64,000 bases of DNA from an uncultured delta proteobacterium (lineage in GTDB: Bacteria; Desulfobacterota; Syntrophia; Syntrophales; UBA2185). Positions 50,243-60,399 of the stretch are shown in pieces; within the stretch, counting starts at the first letter, position 1; every line of letters starts with the position of its first letter. The position numbers were made by a program, and so were the translations under genes. The stretch covers positions 160,001-224,000 of the forward strand of contig CAVSPA010000007.1 in the NCBI GenBank assembly GCA_963729715.1, written 5' to 3'. Below the pieces are notes generated by a model. The model worked only from the letters and a program-made list of their open reading frames with translations. It was not told where the DNA came from and did no database searches.

Positions 50243-52141
50243 TTACTGCTCCATCAAGGACTTGGCCGCTGCAATGATGCCCTCTTCGTCAATGCCGTAC
50301 ATCCTTCTTAATTCCTTCTGCGTGGCATGTTCGACAAATTTATCCTTGATGCCAAGTCTCTTCACGATGACATCATGAATACCCTTTTCTTCAAAGAGTT
50401 CCAGCACGGCGCTTCCGAACCCGCCCATGCGGACATTCTCTTCGACGGTGATTATCCTCTTTACGGACTTAGCGGTTTCGCAAAGCAGCCCTTCATCAAG
50501 GGGTTTTACGAAACGGGCATTGATGACCCTCGTATTGATTCCTTCTGTCTTCAGTTTCGCTGCGGCAGCAACGGCAGGATAAACGGTAGAGCCAATGGCC
50601 ACGATCGCCAGATTTGCATTTTTGGCGTCATGGATAATTTCGCCTCTTCCAACTGCAAGAGACACGGGAATATCATCGATGGGCACACCAACTCCCCTGC
50701 CGCGGGGATATCTTATGGAAACAGGCCCCCCGCTTTCAACTGCTGTCTTAAGCATATGCTGGAGTTCATTTTCGTCCTTGGGCGCCATCACGATTATATT
50801 CGGAATGGAGCGGAGATAGGAAAAATCAAAGAGTCCGTGGTGGGTCGGTCCATCGGCGCCCACGAAGCCTCCCCGATCGATGGCGAGCACCACCGGTAGT
50901 TTCTGCAGACAGACGTCGTGGAGAATTTGATCATAGGCCCTTTGCAGGAATGTCGAATATATAGCCACCACTGGAATCAGGGCCTCCGTGGCGAGTCCGG
51001 CGGCAAAGGTCACACCGTGCTGTTCAGCCATACCGACATCATAGAAGCGCCCGGGATATTCCCTGGCAAACTCATCGAGCCCCGTACCTTCACTCATGGC
51101 GGCTGTCACGGCGACAATCCGGGGATTGTCGTGGGCCAGTTTTATAATCGTTCTGCCAAACATTTTTGTGTAAGACAGAGGCACAACACCTTCATCAACA
51201 GGCTCGCCTGTATCGATCTTGAATGGGGCAATCCCGTGGAACTTTGCCGGGTCATCTTCGGCGAATTTATAACCCTGTCCTTTTCTTGTGATGACGTGCA
51301 CAAGGACGGGACCTTCTAAAGCTCTCACGTTTTTCAGGTTCTTGATGAGATGATCGAGGCGGTGCCCTTCGAGCGGCCCTACATACGTGAATCCGAGTTC
51401 CTCAAACAGGACGCCGGGAAGGACAAGACCTTTCAGAGATTCCTCCACCTGTTTAGAAAACTTCACCATCTGTTCTCCGATGGAGGGGATAGACTTGAGA
51501 AAGTTTTTGAACTCCGTCTTGAATCTTGTGACAGTTTGGCCAGTCATGATGCGGTTGAGATATGATGACATGGCCCCCACATTGGGTGAAATGCAAAGCT
51601 CATTGTCATTTAATATGATGATGAGATTCTTGCTGCGGTCTCCCGCCCAATTCAGGGCCTCAAAGGCCATCCCTGCTGATATGGAACCATCGCCGATCAC
51701 GGCAAGGATTTTAAAGTCTCCCCCGTTGAGGCACCTTGCTTCGGCCATCCCTATGGCAGCGGATATGGACGTGCTGCTGTGCCCCGTGTTGAAGACATCG
51801 TACAGACTCTCCTCCCTCCTGGGGAAACCGCTTATTCCGCCCTTAGTCCTCAAAGTATGGAACAGGTTCTTGCGACCCGTGATAATCTTATGGGCATAGG
51901 CCTGATGTCCCACATCCCAGACGACTTTATCCCTCGGTGTATTAAATACGTAGTGAATGGCAAGCGTCAATTCAACCGTCCCCAGAGATGAAGCAAGATG
52001 GCCGCCGTTTCTGGAGACGACGTCGATGATCATTTTTCTAATCTCTCCGGCAAGTCTGTTCAACCGGGCAAGATCGAGCCTCCTTATATCCTCAGGAAAA
52101 TTGACTGTAGAAAGGATGCTGCCTTTGTCTTCTCCACTCAT
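50243..52141 (-). CDS. dxs: 1-deoxy-D-xylulose-5-phosphate synthase
   Basis: GGHLASSLG, WDVGHQAY, GHSSTSIS, DGPTHHG, RYPRG. Confidence 0.97.
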   Translation of the reverse strand: MSGEDKGSILSTVNFPEDIRRLDLARLNRLAGEIRKMIIDVVSRNGGHLASSLGTVELTLAIHYVFNTPRDKVVWDVGHQAYAHKIITGRKNLFHTLRTKGGISGFPRREESLYDVFNTGHSSTSISAAIGMAEARCLNGGDFKILAVIGDGSISAGMAFEALNWAGDRSKNLIIILNDNELCISPNVGAMSSYLNRIMTGQTVTRFKTEFKNFLKSIPSIGEQMVKFSKQVEESLKGLVLPGVLFEELGFTYVGPLEGHRLDHLIKNLKNVRALEGPVLVHVITRKGQGYKFAEDDPAKFHGIAPFKIDTGEPVDEGVVPLSYTKMFGRTIIKLAHDNPRIVAVTAAMSEGTGLDEFAREYPGRFYDVGMAEQHGVTFAAGLATEALIPVVAIYSTFLQRAYDQILHDVCLQKLPVVLAIDRGGFVGADGPTHHGLFDFSYLRSIPNIIVMAPKDENELQHMLKTAVESGGPVSIRYPRGRGVGVPIDDIPVSLAVGRGEIIHDAKNANLAIVAIGSTVYPAVAAAAKLKTEGINTRVINARFVKPLDEGLLCETAKSVKRIITVEENVRMGGFGSAVLELFEEKGIHDVIVKRLGIKDKFVEHATQKELRRMYGIDEEGIIAAAKSLMEQ

Positions 52142-52151
52142 TGTTTTTCCT

Positions 52152-53060
52152 TTAAGCTTTTCTCTCTATGATATATGTGGCAATCATCCTTAACGGTTCC
52201 GCCCTGTGATCAAAGTTTGTAATCGCCGAAAGCGCATCTGCAACAAGCTCTCCCGCCTTTTTCCGGGATGCGTCCATACCCACGAGGGCCGGGTAAGTTA
52301 CCTTGCCCCGCTTGGTGTCACTCCCCGTTTCTTTTCCCATTAATTTCTGGTCTCCTTCGACGTTGAGAATATCGTCGGCTATCTGAAAGGCGAGGCCTAT
52401 GTTCCTGCCGTATGCTGTTAGGGCATTGAGCTCAACTTCACCGGCATTCGCCAGTACGGCCCCTGCTTTTACGGCGGCGGCAATCATTGCTCCCGTTTTA
52501 CGCGTGTGGATAAAATTCAGGACTTCGGTGTCAACCGCTTCTCCTTCCGACTGGACGTCAACGACCTGACCTCCTACCATGCCGAAGCATCCTGCCGCCC
52601 CGGCAACGTCGTTGATCAAGGAAACCAATTTTTCCGGCGCGATCTTTTCCATGAGGCCTCTATCCGACATCAGATGAAAAGCCTCAGTCAAAAGGGCGTC
52701 GCCGGCAAGAATGGCAATATTTTCACCGAAAACCTTGTGGCTTGTAAGTCTTCCTCTCCTGTAGTCATCGTCGTCCATGGCGGGAAGGTCGTCATGAATA
52801 AGAGAATATGTATGGATAAGCTCTAAGGCGCAGGCCGCGGGAAGAATCGATCCTATATCGCCGCCCACTGCCTCCGCCGAGGCGAGGCATAAGATGGGTC
52901 TGATTCTCTTCCCGCCTGCAAAGAGGCTGTACCTCAGGGCTTTGAAGATTACAGGCGGATAGTTGTCCTCTCCGGGTATGTACCTCTCAAGGGCCTCATC
53001 TATTATCTTCTTCCTGGTATCCAAATACGTTCCAAGCGGCACATTAAGATTCGGACTCAT
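52152..53060 (-). CDS. ispA: Farnesyl diphosphate synthase
   Basis: HTYSLIHDDLPAMDDDDYRRG, GMVGGQ, FQIADD. Lies between xseB and dxs. Confidence 0.93.
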   Translation of the reverse strand: MSPNLNVPLGTYLDTRKKIIDEALERYIPGEDNYPPVIFKALRYSLFAGGKRIRPILCLASAEAVGGDIGSILPAACALELIHTYSLIHDDLPAMDDDDYRRGRLTSHKVFGENIAILAGDALLTEAFHLMSDRGLMEKIAPEKLVSLINDVAGAAGCFGMVGGQVVDVQSEGEAVDTEVLNFIHTRKTGAMIAAAVKAGAVLANAGEVELNALTAYGRNIGLAFQIADDILNVEGDQKLMGKETGSDTKRGKVTYPALVGMDASRKKAGELVADALSAITNFDHRAEPLRMIATYIIERKA

Positions 53061-53283
53061 TCTCTTCCACCTTGAATGGTTTGATAACAAGTTCCTCTTC
53101 TTGCTTGAGCAATATTTCCACCCGTCGTTCCGCCTCGTCGAGCTTCCGGGAACATAGACGGACGAGTTTTATCCCTTCTTCAAAAGCCTTGAGGGATTCT
53201 TCGAGGGTCATGTCCCCTGCCTCCATTTTTTTTACTATGTCTTCCAATCGCCCCAGAGCTTCTTCGAATTTTTCCTTTGCCAT
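53044..53283 (-). CDS. xseB: Exodeoxyribonuclease VII small subunit
   Basis: FEEALGRLEDIV..LEESLKAFEEG. Confidence 0.95.
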   Translation of the reverse strand: MAKEKFEEALGRLEDIVKKMEAGDMTLEESLKAFEEGIKLVRLCSRKLDEAERRVEILLKQEEELVIKPFKVEENESES

Positions 53284-53287
53284 GTTC

Positions 53288-54640
53288 CTACTCCTCTTTG
53301 ACATCCGTCACTTTCGCCTGAAAGCTTCCCGATGAAACCTTGACGTCCACACTGCTCCCCACAGCAACCGATGCCGCCTCCTTCACAATAAGACCTTCAG
53401 GAAGCTTTCTCACAATGCCGTAACCTCTTCCCAAGACACCGAGGGGGCTTAGAGTGTCCAGCACGGCGAGATTTGTTCCCATCTGCACCTTGAGGCGCTC
53501 CATCATATCATGCCACCCGGCTATCACATTCTTTCTGAAATTTTCAAGAATAAACCGATGATCCCGGATCTTCAAAAGGGGATTTGCATGGTCCAGGCGA
53601 AGCTCAAGATTGAGCAGTTTAGGCCTCTCCCCGGCCCGCTTGTGGTCAAGGCCCTTCTTGAGCCTCTCCAACCGGTCGTCGACGAGCATGCGCAGATCAT
53701 CAATCCTTCTCTTAGGATCCTTCAGCCGCTCTTGCAGGACGCGCGCTTGTTCTCCCATACTGGCTATCAGACGACGCTCGCAATTGATCAGTCTTGCATG
53801 CAGGGCCTCTATCGAGCTCATGAGTTCCCTTCTCACGGGAACAACGAGTTCCGCCGCCGCCGAAGGAGTCGGGGCCCTGAGGTCCGCCACAAAGTCGGCG
53901 ATAGTAAAATCAACCTCATGTCCGACAGCGGAGATTACGGGAATCCGGGAGCGATAAATCTCCCTAGCCACTGCCTCATCGTTGAAGGGCGCCAGGTCCT
54001 CGAGCGATCCGCCTCCCCTTGCTATGATAATGACATCGATGTTCCCCACAGCCTGCATAGCGGTGATGGCCCTTGTGATTTCCGGAGGAGCCTCCACGCC
54101 CTGCACCCTTACGGGAGCAACAAGGATATCCACGGAAGGAAACCGCCGTTTCGTGATATGCAAAATATCCCTGATGACCGCACCCGTCGGAGAGGTGATT
54201 ACCCCGATCCTCTGAGGGAGAAACGGAATGGGTTTCTTGTGAGCAGGATCAAAAAGACCCTCCGTCAGCAGGCGGGCTTTGAGCTGTTCAAATGCTTTCT
54301 GGAGGGCGCCGATGCCCTTTGGTTCCACCACATCCACGATCAGTTGGTATTCGCCCCGCGGCTGATAGACACTCAACCTTCCGCAGCAGATGACACACAT
54401 CCCTTCTTCAAGATCGAACTTTGCCGATCTGGCCCATGGAGACTGCCTTTGCATGGGCAAGGCCCGGAAGATGACGGCCCTGATCTGACTCTTTTCATCC
54501 TTGAGGGTGAAGTATATGTGGCCCGATGCAGGCCGTCGCAGATTGGATACCTCGCCTTCCACCCAAAGCCTATCGAAGCTCGCCTCGAGGAGTTGCTTGA
54601 TATTTTCATTTAGTTTTGTGACGCTCAATATTTCCTTCAT
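53288..54640 (-). CDS. xseA: Exodeoxyribonuclease VII large subunit
   Basis: GHIYFTLKD, TSPTGAV, RGGGSLEDL, GHEVD, PTPSAAAE. Likely start ATG 54640. Confidence 0.96.
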   Translation of the reverse strand: MKEILSVTKLNENIKQLLEASFDRLWVEGEVSNLRRPASGHIYFTLKDEKSQIRAVIFRALPMQRQSPWARSAKFDLEEGMCVICCGRLSVYQPRGEYQLIVDVVEPKGIGALQKAFEQLKARLLTEGLFDPAHKKPIPFLPQRIGVITSPTGAVIRDILHITKRRFPSVDILVAPVRVQGVEAPPEITRAITAMQAVGNIDVIIIARGGGSLEDLAPFNDEAVAREIYRSRIPVISAVGHEVDFTIADFVADLRAPTPSAAAELVVPVRRELMSSIEALHARLINCERRLIASMGEQARVLQERLKDPKRRIDDLRMLVDDRLERLKKGLDHKRAGERPKLLNLELRLDHANPLLKIRDHRFILENFRKNVIAGWHDMMERLKVQMGTNLAVLDTLSPLGVLGRGYGIVRKLPEGLIVKEAASVAVGSSVDVKVSSGSFQAKVTDVKEE

Positions 54641-54791
54641 ATTAGCTGCAAGTACCAGATATTGCAATCGCTGACAAGCCCGATTTTTTCTTGTCCTGGA
54701 AGATATCTTGATGAAACACATCAGCAAGACTGTAGCCGCATGTTTGCGGAGTTGCTCGTATCCCTGCCCGATTTGCATCGCCAAACTGTCA

Positions 54792-54820
54792 TTGACACAT
54801 AAGGGAGCTTTTCATATACT
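54792..54820 (+). promoter_or_regulatory. Near-consensus sigma-70 promoter
   Basis: TTGACA-N17-TATACT. Confidence 0.7.
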
Positions 54821-54950
54821 TATTCGAATGCAATATCGTCCTCAAAGATTTCCCGTGTTGCCAGAAACGACAAAGAAGAGATTTGTGGCACAGTCTCAAA
54901 ATCGGAAAAGGTATTTTTGCACACTTTGCTTTGCGTTTGCGGAGGGATGA

Positions 54951-55497
54951 ATGAACAAGAAAAACAAGAAGCGGCCTGCGTTGAAAAAATGCGCTCATCG
55001 ACGATATATTGACATTATCGCGCGTGGTCAAAAAACATTTGTCTACGTCGCAGCTGGAGATGAACGCCGTCGTGAGAGAAATGTGGAAAGAGATTGAAAC
55101 GATCAACCCGGAAAGGAACATCAAGCTGACTGTCCGGGATTGCCCTGTTGCATACGGCGACAGGATGCTCATTAAACAGGTCTATGCCAACCTGCTTGCA
55201 AACGCCGTCAAATTCACGAAGTACCGTGACCCGGCGCTTATTGAAACGGGCGGCTATATCGAAGGAAACGAGAATGTGTATTACGTCAAGGACAACGGCG
55301 TGGGCTTTGAGATGGGGTACTACGACAAGCTCTTCGGCATCTTCCAGCGCCTTCACAAGCCCGACGAGCTCGAGAGCATGGGAGTGGGACTTGTGACAGT
55401 CGAGCGCATCGTACAGCGGCACGGAGGCCGCGCCTAGACGGAAGGTAAGGTGAACGAAGGAGCGACCTTTTATTTTGCGCTCCCGCAGAGAAGATAA
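54951..55497 (+). pseudogene. Decayed histidine kinase (HATPase remnant)
   Basis: NAVKF, DNGVGF, FQRLH. No H-box. In-frame TAG at 55435-55437 followed by TEGKVNEGATFYFALP. Confidence 0.8.
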
Positions 55498-55527
55498 GAA
55501 TCCGTCATTTCAGCTAAGACAGAAAAA

Positions 55528-56982
55528 ATGACGAAACTTAAAAATATCGCTGTTGACAAGAAAAAAGAGAGGCGCGATTCCGAACAGCGCTTTCGCCATA
55601 TCTTTGAACACTCGCCCGCCATGGTGTATCTCACGGATGTCGACGGCGTCGTACTGGATATGAACACTGCCGGCGCCAGGATGCTCGGCTATGACTCCCC
55701 GGAAGACCTCCTCGGCATCAAATCATCCCTCCATGTTTATGCCGACCCTCACGATCGCGAACGATTCCGGGAAATCATCGAGCAGACCGGCTCTGTCCAG
55801 GATTTTGAGACCCGGTTTCGCAGAAGGGATGGCACGATCATAGACGTGAGAATTACCGCCACCATACGCAAGAACAAAAAAGGCGGTGTTGCGGGATATG
55901 AGGGATTCGTCACCGATATCACGGACCGGAAGCAGACCGAGCGGGCGCTCCAGGACTCCGAAGAAAAATATCGCATCGTAGTGGAAAATTCCCTTTCCGC
56001 AATCTTCATCCACCAGGGCGGGTTCTTCCGCTTCGTCAACCACCGATTCGCGGAGATGCTGGGGTATGACAATCCGGAAGATGTTGTTGGAAGACCTTTC
56101 TGGGATGTCGTCCATCCGATTGATCGGGCGATGGTTAAGGAAAGGGGCCTCAGGCGCGAGAAGGCGGAATTCTCACCTGCACGATATTTTTTTCGCGGCA
56201 TAAAAAAGGACGGCACGATGATATGGGTCGATTTGAGGGCGACGCACGCTACGTACATGGGAAGAGCCGCCGTCGTGGGAAATCTCATTGACATCACCCA
56301 GAATGTGAAAGCTGAAGAGGAAATCCGAAATCTCTCCAGACGCCTGATCGAGGTGAGTGAGGATGAGAAGAAAAGGTTGGCGGCGGACCTTCACGATGAA
56401 TTCGGTCAGTCTCTCACCTCCCTGCATTTCGACCTCGAATATCTTGAACGTTCCATCCCGGAAAAATTTGAGGAGCAGAAGAAGGGCTGCGAGAGGGTCA
56501 TCCAGAAAGTGGAGCGTCTTGCGGACAGCGTACGAAAGACCACGTCCTATCTCCGTCCCGATCTCCTCGATCACCTGGGTCTCGTACCGGCCTTGGAGTG
56601 GTCGATTCATGACTTCACTGCGAGGCGTGCGGAAATGGAGGTCGATTTTCAGACCCTCGGCCTGAAGAAAAGGCTGAACCCAAAGATCGAACTCGCGCTG
56701 TACCGGCTTTTTCAGGAATGCATGACGAATATCTCCAAGCACGCGAAGGCCACGCTGGTCGAGATCATGCTGACTTACAGCCATCCCCGCGTCATTTTTA
56801 TCGTTAGGGATAATGGGGTGGGTCATGATCCGTCGAAACGCGGAGCTGCCGCAGGAAAGGCACCAGGAGGCATCGGTCTCCTCAGCATGAGAGAGCGAGT
56901 CGCTTCCCTCGGAGGCTCGATCGATATAGCTTCCTCACCGGGAAAGGGTACCACGATACGGGCCGAAATCCCTGTGGGATAG
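55528..56982 (+). CDS. Cytoplasmic PAS-PAS histidine kinase (HisKA_3/NarX type)
   Basis: Two PAS domains, RLAADLHDEFGQ, NISKHA, DNGVG, GIGL. Confidence 0.92.
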   Translation: MTKLKNIAVDKKKERRDSEQRFRHIFEHSPAMVYLTDVDGVVLDMNTAGARMLGYDSPEDLLGIKSSLHVYADPHDRERFREIIEQTGSVQDFETRFRRRDGTIIDVRITATIRKNKKGGVAGYEGFVTDITDRKQTERALQDSEEKYRIVVENSLSAIFIHQGGFFRFVNHRFAEMLGYDNPEDVVGRPFWDVVHPIDRAMVKERGLRREKAEFSPARYFFRGIKKDGTMIWVDLRATHATYMGRAAVVGNLIDITQNVKAEEEIRNLSRRLIEVSEDEKKRLAADLHDEFGQSLTSLHFDLEYLERSIPEKFEEQKKGCERVIQKVERLADSVRKTTSYLRPDLLDHLGLVPALEWSIHDFTARRAEMEVDFQTLGLKKRLNPKIELALYRLFQECMTNISKHAKATLVEIMLTYSHPRVIFIVRDNGVGHDPSKRGAAAGKAPGGIGLLSMRERVASLGGSIDIASSPGKGTTIRAEIPVG

Positions 56983-56991
56983 AGGATAAAA

Positions 56992-57660
56992 ATGAAAAAG
57001 ATCAGAATCATGATTGCTGATGACCATGCTATTGTGCGTGACGGGCTCAGGCAGCTTCTGAACATTCAGGCAGATATGGAGGTGACAGGTGAGGCGGAGG
57101 ACGGTCGGGATGCGTTGAAGAAAGTGAAGACGCTGCGTCCTGACGTCATCCTTCTCGATATCGCCATGCCGCGCCTCAACGGCCTTGAAGTGATAAGCCT
57201 GATCCGCGAAGCATCGACTGAAACGCAGGTAGTGGTTCTCTCCATGCATGCGAAGGAAACCTACGTCCAGCAGGTGTTGGCGTCAGGAGCCCTTGGCTAC
57301 GTCCTCAAGGCGTCGCCGAGCACGGATATCCTCGAAGCGATCCGGATGGCTCACCGGGGGGAGTACTTCCTCAGTTCCCGCCTGAAGGCGGAGGTCATAG
57401 GCCAGTACTTGAAGACGCGGCCGGCGGCCGTGGCTGTCCGCGGCTATGAGCTCCTCACGGAAAGAGAACAACAGGTCTTCCGTCTGGTCGCCCAGGGCCA
57501 CTCCACGGTCCAGATCGCCGATATCCTTTGCGTGAGCGCCAAGACTGTGGAAAAGCACCGTGCCGGCCTGATGAACAAGCTGGGCGTGCATGACCGTATG
57601 GAACTCCTCAAATACGCAATCAAGATCGGCGTCGTCGATCCGGATCTCTGGGAGGACTGA
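56992..57660 (+). CDS. NarL/LuxR family response regulator
   Basis: ADDH, DIAMP, LTEREQQV, KTVEKHR. Confidence 0.95.
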   Translation: MKKIRIMIADDHAIVRDGLRQLLNIQADMEVTGEAEDGRDALKKVKTLRPDVILLDIAMPRLNGLEVISLIREASTETQVVVLSMHAKETYVQQVLASGALGYVLKASPSTDILEAIRMAHRGEYFLSSRLKAEVIGQYLKTRPAAVAVRGYELLTEREQQVFRLVAQGHSTVQIADILCVSAKTVEKHRAGLMNKLGVHDRMELLKYAIKIGVVDPDLWED

Positions 57661-57707
57661 TTGCAACGACAGAAACTTTGTATTTCAATGTCATGGTGCA
57701 AAGAACG

Positions 57708-57914
57708 ATGAAAGAAAAACTGAAATTGTTTTGGGGGTTGTTGTTCATCTTGGCGCTGTTTGGTCCGTACATCATGGGCGTCTGGGACGACTACGGGTAT
57801 GGAGGGGTTGTTGTAGCCGCTGTCGCTTTGGTGCTGATCCTCATATCGAGCCGTGAAGTCCGGCCAACCTTCTGGTGGCGGGGCTTGAGAAAAAAGAAAG
57901 ACAGGAATTTGTGA
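57708..57914 (+). CDS. Small two-TM hypothetical protein
   Basis: Two hydrophobic segments and a basic tail. Confidence 0.5.
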   Translation: MKEKLKLFWGLLFILALFGPYIMGVWDDYGYGGVVVAAVALVLILISSREVRPTFWWRGLRKKKDRNL

Positions 57915-57989
57915 ATAGAATTAAAAGCAAAAAAAGTAAATAAAAAGGATTCTTAGCATGCGAAAGATCGGGAGGGCCAGGGGATCATT

Positions 57990-58678
57990 ATGAAAAAATA
58001 TCGCTTGTTCTTCTAATCATTTTTTTGGCTTCCTGTGCCACCACGCCGGATATCCATCTGAATATTCCGGGAACTAATATGGAGATCAATCAGCAGGCGG
58101 AACTGGCAGAGAGACTGGCGGTTTCTCCGAGGAATCACCTCATCCTCGTCGGTTAATTGAGACACGCCTCTGCCTTGTGGGACATCGCAACGGGCCAGAA
58201 ACTGAGATCCCTTAAGTCGTCGTCTGAAATACGTGCTTCCGCGGCCGGCGTAGGGGTAAGATTTTTGCCCGATGGAACGAAGGCTATTACATACGACACC
58301 CGCATCACCGTATGGGACATCGAAACAGGCAAGTAGATGAAGGCTTTTCCGATTGCGGCCGGGGACATGGCCATTTCTCCGGACGCAAAATATGCCCTGA
58401 TGATTGGTCCCGTAAGCAACACGGATCTCAGTATTCTTGACCTCGAGACAGGGAAGGTCAAGAAGCTAAAAGGCCATGCCGATTCAGGATGGCGAGGGGC
58501 CCTCTATACGGTGGATATATCCCCCGATGGGAAATACGGTCTTACCGCAAGCTTCGACTCAACGGTAAGACTCTGGGACATTAAGACCGGAGAAGAAGTG
58601 CGGCGGTTTATCGGCCACACTCAGACGCCTCTGATTATTCATTTCGGCAAGGACAATCCCATCTATAAATTGCCGTGA
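57990..58678 (+). pseudogene. WD40-repeat lipoprotein pseudogene
   Basis: Frameshift in the A-run after the ATG, lipobox LASC, in-frame TAA (58154) and TAG (58334), repeats LWDIATG, VWDIETG, SPDGKY..SFDSTVRLWD, FIGHT. Confidence 0.8.
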
Positions 58679-58908
58679 AACATCCGGCATCGTCGATGCT
58701 GAATTAAGGTCCGCACCACACATCATTATTGACACCCCGCCTTCACCATGTCATTCCCGCCCTCGAAAAAAACTTTCGAGGGCAGGCTGCGGTGAGAATC
58801 CAGCCCAACTCCAAACTCGTAATTTCGTCTTGAGAAGTAGGGTCGTCCCCCCCCATAATGGGGTTCTTCCCCCATTGTCTCCGTCCCCACAGTAATCTAT
58901 GTCCATGC

Positions 58909-58932
58909 ACGGGCAGAAAAAATTTTTGCCCG
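58909..58932. promoter_or_regulatory. Palindromic operator-like site upstream of the GntP operon
   Basis: CGGGCAgAAAAAATTTTTGCCCG. Confidence 0.4.
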
Positions 58933-59061
58933 CGGACAAAAGCGAGAAGGGACTTTGTCGAATCAAAATACCCTGTACTCGAATCCGCCGCCGTCGGCGC
59001 TGCCGGCGATAAGGCCTTCATTTTTTCTTACAGTTATCTCTTAATGAAAGGAGGATGCTAA

Positions 59062-60375
59062 ATGGACTTAAGCGTTATTGGAATTATTTTGTCGTTAGCG
59101 TTTATTGTCGTCCTGGCGCTCAGGGGCTGGCACATCATCATCATCGCCCCTCTTGCCGTCGTCATCGTATCGATTTTCTCCGACATGAACATCATGCAAA
59201 CGATGACGGGACCTTATATGAAAGGGTTCGTCAATTATGCAGGAAGATTCTATCTCATATTCCTGGCCGGTTCCGTTTTCGGCAAATTCATGGAGGACGG
59301 TCAGGCGGCCCGTTCCATCGCCAACGGCATTTTGAGGGTGATCGGAAAGGAGAGTCCCCTGCGTGTGATGTTGTCTATTTCAGTCGTGGCGCTGTGTCTT
59401 ACTTATGGCGGCGTGAGCTTGTTCGTTGTCATCTTCGCTGTCATTCCGATCGCGCGACCTCTTTTCAAGGAGGCGGATCTTCCCTGGCATCTCTTCATGG
59501 CGGCCTTCATATTCGGGGCGGCGTCTCTGTCGATGACCATGCTCCCGGGCACCCCCCAGATCCAGAATATCATGCCCACAAAATACATGGCATCTTCACC
59601 CACTTCTGCTCCACTGGTCGGCTTGTGCGGAGCGTTTATTGTCGCTACTTTTAACATTTTCTATTTCCGCTACATATTGAAGAAGGCAAAGGCAAAGGGC
59701 GAGGTTTACGAGGAACCCGCAGTCGGCCTTCTCGGAGCAGGAGCTTCCGCTTCCGGGCCAATGCCCAATGTATGGTTAAGCCTGGTACCGCTGGTTGTCG
59801 TTCTCGTGCTGCTCAACGTGAATATGCCCTATATCAAGAAAGATGTCGTTCTTGCCTTGACGGGCGGCGTTGTTGCCTGCATCATCCTGTTCTGGAACTA
59901 TTATACCAAGATCCTGGATACCTTGAATAAAGGCGCCCTGAACACGGTTATTCCCATCGTCAACACCTGCGCCGACGTCGGCTACGGCATGGCCGTGGCG
60001 GCAACTGCAGGATTCAAAGTCGTCTCTGCCTGGCTGCTGACGCTTCCCATGAACCCCATCATCTCTCTTTCCGTAGCCACGAACATCATGGCGGCAATCA
60101 CCGGGTCCGCATCCGGAGGCCTCGGAATCATCCTAGAGACTATGGCTCCCAAGTACCTTGCCCTCGGCCTGAGCCCCGATTTGATTCACAGGGTTGCAGC
60201 GATGTCCTCCGGTGCGTGGGACGCCATGCCCCATAACGGTGTGGTCATTACCGTGCTTGCCGTCTGCGGTCTTGTTCATGCCAACGCGTACAAGCATATC
60301 TTCTGGGGACATGTCGTCGCAACAACCATAGCCCTCTTCTTCGCAATCCCGCTGGGTATCATGATTTACGGTTAA
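59062..60375 (+). CDS. GntP-family organic acid permease
   Basis: LTYGGVSLFVV, PGTPQIQN, TGSASGGL, MPHNG. About 12 TM. Confidence 0.9.
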   Translation: MDLSVIGIILSLAFIVVLALRGWHIIIIAPLAVVIVSIFSDMNIMQTMTGPYMKGFVNYAGRFYLIFLAGSVFGKFMEDGQAARSIANGILRVIGKESPLRVMLSISVVALCLTYGGVSLFVVIFAVIPIARPLFKEADLPWHLFMAAFIFGAASLSMTMLPGTPQIQNIMPTKYMASSPTSAPLVGLCGAFIVATFNIFYFRYILKKAKAKGEVYEEPAVGLLGAGASASGPMPNVWLSLVPLVVVLVLLNVNMPYIKKDVVLALTGGVVACIILFWNYYTKILDTLNKGALNTVIPIVNTCADVGYGMAVAATAGFKVVSAWLLTLPMNPIISLSVATNIMAAITGSASGGLGIILETMAPKYLALGLSPDLIHRVAAMSSGAWDAMPHNGVVITVLAVCGLVHANAYKHIFWGHVVATTIALFFAIPLGIMIYG

Positions 60376-60399
60376 TAAAAACGCGGAGAGGAGGAATAC

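Noticed and set aside
55435..55437. In-frame TAG (also 58334) as pyrrolysine or recoding
   Set aside because: Both genes have other lesions, many intact genes here end in TAG, and no pyl genes are in the window.
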